Part shown: piece by piece, positions 29,301 through 35,868 of the stretch
Position numbering within the stretch: the first letter of the stretch is position 1
How the letters are laid out: the number at the start of each line of letters is the position of its first letter
Translations under genes and position numbers: made by a program
The notes under the pieces: generated by a model
The model's input: only the letters and a program-made list of their open reading frames with translations
Database searches by the model: none
Told to the model about the DNA's origin: nothing
IMG/VR virus record: IMGVR_UViG_3300042465_001115
Span: 1 to 59,549 of that record
Reading direction: 5' to 3' (one strand)
DNA: 59,549 nt
Source of the DNA: a virus
Taxonomy: Duplodnaviria > Caudoviricetes

Positions 29301-30019
29301 GTGATGATGGTGGCACCGTAGCCGAGGATCTCGTAGTTGTGCGGTAGGCTCGTGTCAATGTCGAGCGCCCACTGCGTATTGAGAAGGTACGTACCAGGGG
29401 GGATGAGGATAGCCCCACCAGCAGTCTTGATCTTGGTCCAGGCTGCGGCAAACGCCGGATACGAATCGGACGCCCCCGTGTTGTCCGCACCGAAGTCCAG
29501 TACGCTGACAATGTCGCGCAACTTGTTCTGCGCCGTACGCGGCTGTGCTCCGGTTCCGGCTTGTAGGAAGCCCACCAGGGTGGATCCGTCGTTATCGTCC
29601 AGACGGGTGAACGCCACCTTCTCGGTATCGACCTCGGTCAGGGCGTCCTGTACATTCGTAGCGGCGATACCCCCAGTAGGGGTGAACGAGACATTGGCGG
29701 CAACAGTGGAGTTCTGCGTCACGGCGTCGAGGACGGCCTGCGCATTGACCCGCATCTCAAGGCGCGAGCCTGCTGCGAAGCCAGTGGCCGAGGAGCCGTC
29801 CTGTGCTCGCACAACGGTCATGGTGTCGCCCACACGGGCGGTCGCCTTGACTACTTCGAGTGTGCCCCCGCTGCTTACCAGAGTGGCGAAGAAGTACTCC
29901 CCCGCACTCAGCGATGGGAAGTCCGCTCCATCGCCAGCCTGAAGGACGATGCCGGTGTCGGAAGCGTTGATCGTCGTGGCAAGGTAGCCGACGACGTTGT
30001 TCTTGAGCTTGATGTTCAT
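26363..30019 (-). CDS. Tailspike 1 (pectate-lyase-like beta-helix), 1218 aa
   Basis: VSVLDFGADNTGASDS...AILIPPGTY; N-terminal anchor domain. Confidence 0.8.
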   Translation of the reverse strand: MNIKLKNNVVGYLATTINASDTGIVLQAGDGADFPSLSAGEYFFATLVSSGGTLEVVKATARVGDTMTVVRAQDGSSATGFAAGSRLEMRVNAQAVLDAVTQNSTVAANVSFTPTGGIAATNVQDALTEVDTEKVAFTRLDDNDGSTLVGFLQAGTGAQPRTAQNKLRDIVSVLDFGADNTGASDSYPAFAAAWTKIKTAGGAILIPPGTYLLNTQWALDIDTSLPHNYEILGYGATIITGAAVTSWAIKVYGSYNNHGLKIEGLQFDQRGNANVNGAILAQGTSNLRIAKCSVELGLNKAGWAAVQLEDLTPGNGDTGCFWTLIDGFTTRTRTGIDVFVAQTTATTTLTSGSNLMTVASVTGTIVVGQVVFDLAGAPVGGQSLLPVGTVVTAQVSGTPGGAGVYRLSSNSLGSTTTDTVAFARYSDFGVRMAGAQNATKIINCSFATVVDAVRLDPGSSTPAPGWPSGDLGHPNGLRVERNDFEGVINAIKVNTDLPAIIMPVGLMAKSNRVESSYSYFNIGSNTPFIADAATFTGSIAAGTNVLTVTGITGTIAAGSVVTGTGVLTPAVVQAYGTSGTTGTGGNGTYALALTHAAAVSGPMVVSGVRYLPDHSTPPTLGPDYTVTGSSDNYIINPNAQIVYAAQSTYYADSFSQAGGPSDYTVITEGVGKNLILRNLSWQSAWNTAHLVMGQQHYWTDTNGNLRTKAGTPAYDADGSLVGLQGTPTSAPTMGNLFVNPWFNVYGSAATTGVWGVSGGPPVGCSTTPVGVVWSATPPSPCPNNPTGQAARIQSIGTTVSNGLILSLDSPHLTNGDTVACGVWVLSPNLSTAKAVVYATDGAGATAVLGSNTVANTWQFIRWSQPLTTKASAVLYVAAASGTTFTATVPYGSNVMTVTSVTGVIVAGDTLIGGPTITGLDIHPLGASITIQAYGTSGTTGTGGAGTYALSSVLTREVTAQVMNTVTSFVTNTVVWAGAFHMTPGTFAPSVVEDSFAQDDFAVETTQQGNARVKNRLLIGTQSDAPTTQAVQVYGSTGPTANTLTRRFSNDATGPIHVLSKSRGTTPTDTTIVQNGDQLGGLIFQATDGAAFASVASIEAYIDGAVGAGDLPTMVTINTANDGSATASERIRFTSSGSTETNGKIKANRATAIPAGGTAGAGFEFSNAVNFGIFFGSGAPTLVAAKGSLYLRSDGTTTNNRMYVNTDGSTTWTAVTTAA

Positions 30020-30336
30020 AGGAGCAGCACGTCCTGATTCATGATGTCGATGTTCTCCGCCGTGACGCGCAACTCAAGTCGGCTGTTGGCGGGGAACGGA
30101 ATGGCCAGGGTGCTTTCCTGCCCTCGGACGACGGTCATTGCGTCATCCGTGCGCGCCGTGACCTTGACAATCTCGTAGTTGCCACTGACATCGACCAGCG
30201 TGGCGTAGAAGTAGTCCGATCCACCGAGTGATGGGAACCGGGCACCCTGCCCCGAACTGACCGTGAGAGCGGTCTGGATGCTCGTCACTGCCGCAGGGAC
30301 AGTGGCGAAGGCGTTGTTGGTGATCTTCAGGGCCAT
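30016..30336 (-). CDS. Stand-alone tail anchor-domain protein, paralogous to the N-terminus of tailspike 1
   Basis: FPSL..YFYATLV..EIVKVTAR..MTVVRGQ..SRLELRV shared with the start of the 30019 gene. Confidence 0.75.
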   Translation of the reverse strand: MALKITNNAFATVPAAVTSIQTALTVSSGQGARFPSLGGSDYFYATLVDVSGNYEIVKVTARTDDAMTVVRGQESTLAIPFPANSRLELRVTAENIDIMNQDVLLL

Positions 30337-30337
30337 C

Positions 30338-31111
30338 TCACACTCCGAATCCGGGGTACCGCACCATCAGCGTCCCCCGCATGTTGCCCAGGTTGGCACG
30401 GGCACGACGCTCCGCGAGATGGAAGGTGTACTGCTTGGCATGATACGCGGCAAGCTCGCGGTCCGACCAGTGCACGTTCGGCAGCACCAGAAGATGTTGC
30501 AGTGCACCATGCAGGATGACATCCTCCAACTCACCGAACGCCACGTCGTCCATTGCAGTGGCCGTGCGCTTGGGCTTGAGGGCCACGAACATCCGCATGC
30601 GGTAGGTTCGCTCCGCGTCCGGCAGCGGCAGGACGATGAACTTGTCGGGGCTGATCTGGCAGACCGCTCGCGGCTGTGAACCATCTGCGACGATGGAGTC
30701 CGGCAGGACGTACCCTGACCCGCCGTTGAACAACTGCTCGTTGTACTGCTGCCCGTTGAACACGCCAGGGGGTGTCAGACTCCACACGACGGAAGGATCT
30801 TCCCCGCTGTACAGGTCCGCCCACTTCGGAAACTGCGCAATCGCCTGCTCCAGCGTCAGACGTTGTAGCACCTCGTCGTTCATCAGGGCGTCGAAGAGCA
30901 CGTGCACATCAGCGTTCAGCGGCTTGTTGTAGGGGTACTCGTGTACCCCCGGTAGCAAGTTGAACAGCGGCACTTCGTAGCGCCACATGAGGGAACGCTC
31001 GCAGGCTCGGATCGCCGCATCCCGGATGTACTGCAACATCGTCTGCTGCGGGCACCCAGGCACGCTAGGACTCAGCCGAGGGACAAGGGAGGCGAAGGTA
31101 CGGTCGGCCAT
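30338..31111 (-). CDS. Head-tail adaptor/tail tubular protein
   Basis: Position; PGCP..AAIRACERS N-terminus. Confidence 0.65.
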   Translation of the reverse strand: MADRTFASLVPRLSPSVPGCPQQTMLQYIRDAAIRACERSLMWRYEVPLFNLLPGVHEYPYNKPLNADVHVLFDALMNDEVLQRLTLEQAIAQFPKWADLYSGEDPSVVWSLTPPGVFNGQQYNEQLFNGGSGYVLPDSIVADGSQPRAVCQISPDKFIVLPLPDAERTYRMRMFVALKPKRTATAMDDVAFGELEDVILHGALQHLLVLPNVHWSDRELAAYHAKQYTFHLAERRARANLGNMRGTLMVRYPGFGV

Positions 31112-31755
31112 CAGATCACCTGCTTCGGCTCCATGCCGCTTTCCTCAGTGTCCGTGACGACCCTGGACTGCAACGACACCCCCAGCGCCTGGGTGTACGC
31201 ATCCTGGAAAAGCTTGGCCCGTCCGGAGTTCACATGCTCGTTGTCCACCGACTCAGCGAGGAACACCGCGCCGTCCACCAGGACGGGGAAGAATGCGTCG
31301 GGGATGAGCAGAATCGTGTCGTTCAAGCCGTAGTTCGGCGGGGTCTGGGCATACTCTCCGACGAGGATGACCCCAGCCGTGGGGCGGGGGTAGACGAAGA
31401 ACTTGTTGGGGTTGCGCACGTGGCGCATGAAGTTGACCGGCGTACCGGCTGTTTCGTTCACCCAGTTCGGGTACATCTGATCCAGCGTCTCCCGCCGAGA
31501 CTCAGTGACCGCATCCCCGTTCTTGACCTGGAAGATCTCGATCAGCCGAAGGGAGTCGGCTGGCGTCGATTGCAGTACCGTGTTGGGAGTCGTGGAGATG
31601 TCACCGATCACGCCGAACAGGTCAGGGCGCAGCACAGCCGTGCGCCGCAGGGTCATGTTGACCCAGCCAAGAATCACGGCGTCCGAGTACCGATACGCGA
31701 CCTTCGTGTCACTGATCAGCCGACGTACCTCGGTGATGATCTCGTTAGGGGTCAC
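31111..31755 (-). CDS. Head-tail adaptor/tail tubular-A-like protein
   Basis: EIITEVRRLISD...RPD...FFVYPRP. Confidence 0.65.
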   Translation of the reverse strand: MTPNEIITEVRRLISDTKVAYRYSDAVILGWVNMTLRRTAVLRPDLFGVIGDISTTPNTVLQSTPADSLRLIEIFQVKNGDAVTESRRETLDQMYPNWVNETAGTPVNFMRHVRNPNKFFVYPRPTAGVILVGEYAQTPPNYGLNDTILLIPDAFFPVLVDGAVFLAESVDNEHVNSGRAKLFQDAYTQALGVSLQSRVVTDTEESGMEPKQVI

Positions 31756-32135
31756 GGCAATCCTCGGGCAGCCTCCGCCGCCAACTCAGGCGCAGTGTAC
31801 TGCGGCGGCTCAGGAATGTCATCAGTCCCGAGATCCAAGGCGGCAGCCTTCTTGGGGCGTCCACGGGGGCGCTTGGTAGCGGGCTCCGGTTCGGCGGCGG
31901 GCTCCGGTTCGGCGGCGGGCTCCGGTTCGGCGGCGGGCTCCGGTTCCGGAACAGCCGCAGGGGTGTCGTCCACAACAGCATGGCGGTCGATGGCCTCCTG
32001 TACTTCCGGTGTGATGGCCTTCTGCGGGAAAGCGACTTCCTCAGGGATGACTTCGCAGTCCGAGTTCTTGGCAAGAATGTCGTCGTACGGGTAGAGGAAC
32101 CCGTCCTTCTTCACACGAATCCACATTGTGCTCAC
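31752..32135 (-). CDS. Acidic protein with EPEPAA repeats and an AT-hook-like PRGRP
   Basis: AAGGAG RBS; GTG start. Confidence 0.75.
   Translation of the reverse strand: MSTMWIRVKKDGFLYPYDDILAKNSDCEVIPEEVAFPQKAITPEVQEAIDRHAVVDDTPAAVPEPEPAAEPEPAAEPEPAAEPEPATKRPRGRPKKAAALDLGTDDIPEPPQYTAPELAAEAARGLP
31879..31946. repeat. 18-bp in-frame tandem repeat, about 3.8 copies
   Basis: Unit GCGGGCTCCGGTTCGGCG. Confidence 0.95.
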
Positions 32136-32139
32136 TTCG

Positions 32140-32373
32140 TCACTCCTTTCGTTTCCCCGAGGGGGACACAGGCCACGATTGTCGTGCAGGCCCGGTCTTC
32201 TTACCAGAGATCGTGCGCTTCTCAGCGGAAGTCATGCGCTGCGCCGCAGCCTGAGGACGACATGCCGGATACGCCCGCTTGGACTTCTCCGTGCCTGAGC
32301 GACCGCACTCTTTTCCGGTCTTGACATCGACCCACTTCTCACCGAACCACTTGCCGAGGCCACCCTTAGCCAC
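32140..32373 (-). CDS. Small basic protein (GLGKWFGEKWVD...YPACRP)
   Basis: Recognisable small phage-protein type (DUF5872-like, from memory). Confidence 0.75.
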   Translation of the reverse strand: MAKGGLGKWFGEKWVDVKTGKECGRSGTEKSKRAYPACRPQAAAQRMTSAEKRTISGKKTGPARQSWPVSPSGKRKE

Positions 32374-32539
32374 GCTTCTTCACCCGGTTGTCCGCACCCG
32401 ACCACGACCCACCACGGGACTTGTACTCCTTCGCAGCCCATGCGTTGGCGTAGGCGCTGGGGTACACGTCGAACTTGCGCTTGGCCTCGGCTTTCACACG
32501 GGACCACAGCGCAGGGTTGTTGGGCTTGGACTCGGCCAT
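32366..32539 (-). CDS. Small basic protein, 57 aa (..KFDVYPSAYA..EYKSRGG)
   Basis: ATG at 32539; DUF5872-like, from memory. Confidence 0.75.
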   Translation of the reverse strand: MAESKPNNPALWSRVKAEAKRKFDVYPSAYANAWAAKEYKSRGGSWSGADNRVKKRG

Positions 32540-32540
32540 G

Positions 32541-32795
32541 TCAGCAGTTCCAGGCCCGCAGGCTCTTGTTGATCCGGCTGTTGGGGTCATTGGCCGTCTT
32601 CTCGGAAGTCAGCTTCTTCTTCATGCCCTTCATCCGGGCGCAGAAGGAATCACGCCGAGGTCCGCCTTCAGGCTGCGGGGCCTTCAACCCAGGCTTTCCA
32701 GGGTTGGCCTTGTTGTACGACGCCCGCCCTGCGGCGTTGAGTCCGCCCTTGGGGTCCTTCCCCTCCTTGCGCTGCCATGCGGGTGTCTTGGCCAT
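32541..32795 (-). CDS. Small basic protein, 84 aa (GGLNAAGRAS..RDSFCARM..SLRAWNC)
   Basis: ATG at 32795 overlapping the upstream TAA; DUF6321-like, from memory. Confidence 0.8.
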   Translation of the reverse strand: MAKTPAWQRKEGKDPKGGLNAAGRASYNKANPGKPGLKAPQPEGGPRRDSFCARMKGMKKKLTSEKTANDPNSRINKSLRAWNC

Positions 32796-33892
32796 TACGC
32801 GATCCTCTCTGTAACAACGATAGCCGAGGGAATCGCAGGAGCAATGGCCCCCGCCACTGTGTGATCGAGGGTGACCGCAATGTTCTCCGGCAACCACAAT
32901 ACCTGGACATACTGCCCTGCGGTCACAGTGATGTAGAAGATGATCTGGAAGAACGTCGTGCCGCCGTCAGTGGCCTTGGGCACCGAGATCTTGGTAGCTG
33001 ACCGCGCAACATTGGTGCCGTTCAGCGCAAGCCATATCGTTGCATCATGGTCGGCGCTATCCGAGTTAGCGAACTGGAGGTTGGGGGCGATCATGTAGGT
33101 GCCCGCTACAGCAAACGTCAACCGGGTCAGATTCGCCCCGTCTGTCACCATCGTGACGCCAGCCCCGACGATCTCTGTCGTACCGAACTTCACTGCCGTC
33201 GCCGCAGACACACTACCTGTCTGGTCAGTGATGTCCGAGAACGAAGCGTAGGCGCGGTTCGTGATGGTGTTGAACGGTACCTTGCCGCTGAGCACGTCGA
33301 TGTTAGTGACGTTCACTTCGCCCGTACCCTTGGGCGTGATGTTGATGTCGATGTTGGTATCGGTACCATCTGCCGACAACGTATTGCTGGTCAGCGTGAC
33401 GCCGGTCGTCGCGTTGCTCGTCGTGAACGTGCCGGAGTCGATGGACGTGATGCCGGAGAAGCTGCCAGTGAAGGTGACTCCGGAGATCGCCCCACCAGTG
33501 ATGCTGACGTTGTTGGACGACTGAGTGGCCATCGTACCGAGGCCCAGGTTCGTTCGTGCATCCGCAGATGTCGAGGCTCCCGTACCGCCATCAGCAATGG
33601 CGAGGTCCGTGATGCCTGCAATGGTCCCGCCTGTAACAGCGACTTTGCTGATGGCGACCGAACCGGTGCCGTTGGGGGCCAGGACAAGGTTGCCGTTGGT
33701 GTTCGTGGTCGAAAGGGTGTTAGCCCCCAGGCTGAGGTTCCCCACACCAATGGATGTGGTACCTACCTTGAGGGCCGTAGCAACCCCGGTGCCGCTGTAG
33801 ACGACCTTCTCCGTTGCGGTTGGACCGTCGTCGACATGCAGCAACTGATCGTACGTTGCATTGATCGCACTACCAGTGAGGTTGCTAGGCAT
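32795..33892 (-). CDS. Virion fibre protein with a C1q/BclA-like C-terminal head
   Basis: LAIADGGTGAS..ARTNLGLG fibre motif; TFAVAGTYMI head motif. Confidence 0.65.
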   Translation of the reverse strand: MPSNLTGSAINATYDQLLHVDDGPTATEKVVYSGTGVATALKVGTTSIGVGNLSLGANTLSTTNTNGNLVLAPNGTGSVAISKVAVTGGTIAGITDLAIADGGTGASTSADARTNLGLGTMATQSSNNVSITGGAISGVTFTGSFSGITSIDSGTFTTSNATTGVTLTSNTLSADGTDTNIDINITPKGTGEVNVTNIDVLSGKVPFNTITNRAYASFSDITDQTGSVSAATAVKFGTTEIVGAGVTMVTDGANLTRLTFAVAGTYMIAPNLQFANSDSADHDATIWLALNGTNVARSATKISVPKATDGGTTFFQIIFYITVTAGQYVQVLWLPENIAVTLDHTVAGAIAPAIPSAIVVTERIA

Positions 33893-33902
33893 AGCCGCTC
33901 CG

Positions 33903-34256
33903 TTACTTTCGCATTTCGTTCTTGACGTGCTCCCAGACCCCGACGGCCAGGAACACTACAACCGCCCACAACCCCAGGGACGCAGTCTTGGCGAATGCGT
34001 CGCTCTTGACCTTGTCCCACCAGCCCGCGTTGGCGATGGCCTTCTCATGGGCGATGCGGTGTCCGTGCGGGTCACCGCCTGGGAAGGCGTCGGTGAAGGT
34101 CTGCCGCAGCGCCTTGAACTGCTGATCCATGTGGGTCACAAGATGCTGTTCGTGTGCGGTCAGCGCCTGCTGCACAGCCTCCTGGATCATCAGCTTCACC
34201 CGATCTTCGGTGATCGCCTCGCTGCGGCGCTCAGGCCCTTCGTAGGGTGGGCTCAC
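33903..34256 (-). CDS. Membrane protein, 117 aa (possible lysis accessory)
   Basis: GTG coupled to the upstream stop; YEGPERR N-terminus; C-terminal TM helix. Confidence 0.65.
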   Translation of the reverse strand: MSPPYEGPERRSEAITEDRVKLMIQEAVQQALTAHEQHLVTHMDQQFKALRQTFTDAFPGGDPHGHRIAHEKAIANAGWWDKVKSDAFAKTASLGLWAVVVFLAVGVWEHVKNEMRK

Positions 34257-34501
34257 TTCAATGCCTCCAGTACCCCCCAGGCGACGAAGCCCGGAAGCGC
34301 AGTTGCGGCAGCGTCCCACGGATCAGGCTGGCCCTCTTTGCGGATCAGTTGGTTGATCTCGTAGAGGATGCCGAACACTGTCGTATGGTAGGCCAGGAAC
34401 GGGCCGATGCCGAAGAGCACCAGCACCCAGTAGCTCACCATAGCGGCGAACAGCCAGACGCATCCGAGACCGAAGTGAAGGAGTTTGTCGCGTGGGATCA
34501 T
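34253..34501 (-). CDS. VanZ-like small membrane protein, 82 aa
   Basis: DKLLHF..YE..Q..G..DPWDAAAT; ATGA overlap. Confidence 0.65.
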   Translation of the reverse strand: MIPRDKLLHFGLGCVWLFAAMVSYWVLVLFGIGPFLAYHTTVFGILYEINQLIRKEGQPDPWDAAATALPGFVAWGVLEALK

Positions 34502-35868
34502 GATGTCGGGAACGCCGCAGCAGGCGGCGTGAAGGTGGCGGTGTAGCGGGCTACGCCCTTGGTGATGCGGAGGTCGTCTATGTAGCCGTTGAACAAAAAC
34601 CCGGTTGAGTACCACCCGCCGATAACAAAGTATTGGTCTGTGTAATTGGTGGTGTCTGCGACGGAAATTATTGAAGTCCCGTTCACGTAGAGCTTAGTCG
34701 TGCCAGAGGACCGGACAATTGCTGTGTGGTACCAAGTGTTAATGGCGGGAACATTCCCCGTGGATTGTGTGAAAGTAGTCCCGTGGTAGATAGTCCACTC
34801 GCCTGTGCTGTTTTCAGCGCCCAGACCCGGCCCGCGAACTTGGGAATTCAAATAACCGTTGCTGAGTTGGTAAATACCCTGACCGTTGCCGACCGGGGTG
34901 ACTGCAAACCGAACCCAGCACTCAATCGTGAAGTCTCCGGTGCCAAGAGACATATTGGTTGACACGGGGACGGTCAGGTAATCGCCGGTCTCGTCGAACA
35001 ACATCGAACTCCCGCCGAACTTGCTCTGCGCCGTGCTGATCTGCGCGTTGCCGACCGTCTCCAGCGCATTGAGCATCGCGTTGTCGATGACGCCTGCGTT
35101 TGTGAAGTTCAGCAGCAGGGAGGTGTTGGTGATGGCGGTGAGGGGCGCTGTCGGCGGGGTGAAGTTGGATGCGCCGTAAACCGCTGTGCCGTTGACGTAA
35201 CGGACATTTGATATGTAGCCTTTTGCCGCATATCCAGTAATCGTGGAAAACTCTCCAATACGAAGGGGGTCTGTTCCGGTATTGGGAGCAGACGACGATG
35301 GGCTTGATACGACAACACCATTCAATGCCGCATAGTAGGTGTTGCCAATACGATACACGGCAACGTGTTGCCAAGTGTTTAGCGTACCAGTTCCAAAAGT
35401 GAGGAGTACATAGTACGTAGCTGTATTTGTGGAAGAAAGTGCTAGCCCCCACGCCCCAGCAGTGGTGTAAATCTGTATTCCGTAACCCTTGGCATACCAC
35501 TCAACAACATTCCCAGGGTTCCCGGTAAAGGATTCTGGATACGCCCAGAATTCAATTGTGAAGTCGCCTGATGGGGTGAGCGTTGCCGCGCTTGCGACCT
35601 CAAGGTAATCTCCCGTCCCATCAAAGTACCCGCTGCCGCCCTTCGTTGCGGCGCTGTACGGCGCGGCAGCAGTGAATGGCGAGAACGTGCCCTGGGTCGT
35701 ATTGCCGTTGCGGGTGATGGTGAAGTTGTTGGTGCTGGCGTCCGTGAAGGTGTTGTTCTGCGCGCCGTTCGTGCCATTACCCGGCAAGAGCATGGTGACG
35801 CTCGACCAGAAGGCGTCCTTCAAGACGCCCGCGAGCGACCCAATCAGCCCTTGAACAGCACCGCTCAT
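34498..35868 (-). CDS. Tandem LamG/concanavalin-like virion protein, 456 aa
   Basis: Two GDFTIE.W..W.H.A..GYI..LR modules. Confidence 0.8.
   Translation of the reverse strand: MSGAVQGLIGSLAGVLKDAFWSSVTMLLPGNGTNGAQNNTFTDASTNNFTITRNGNTTQGTFSPFTAAAPYSAATKGGSGYFDGTGDYLEVASAATLTPSGDFTIEFWAYPESFTGNPGNVVEWYAKGYGIQIYTTAGAWGLALSSTNTATYYVLLTFGTGTLNTWQHVAVYRIGNTYYAALNGVVVSSPSSSAPNTGTDPLRIGEFSTITGYAAKGYISNVRYVNGTAVYGASNFTPPTAPLTAITNTSLLLNFTNAGVIDNAMLNALETVGNAQISTAQSKFGGSSMLFDETGDYLTVPVSTNMSLGTGDFTIECWVRFAVTPVGNGQGIYQLSNGYLNSQVRGPGLGAENSTGEWTIYHGTTFTQSTGNVPAINTWYHTAIVRSSGTTKLYVNGTSIISVADTTNYTDQYFVIGGWYSTGFLFNGYIDDLRITKGVARYTATFTPPAAAFPTS

Noticed and set aside
31879-31946. Repeat array as a CRISPR
   Set aside because: In-frame tandem repeat with no spacers. 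The Cas4-like gene is an ordinary phage exonuclease with no other cas genes.
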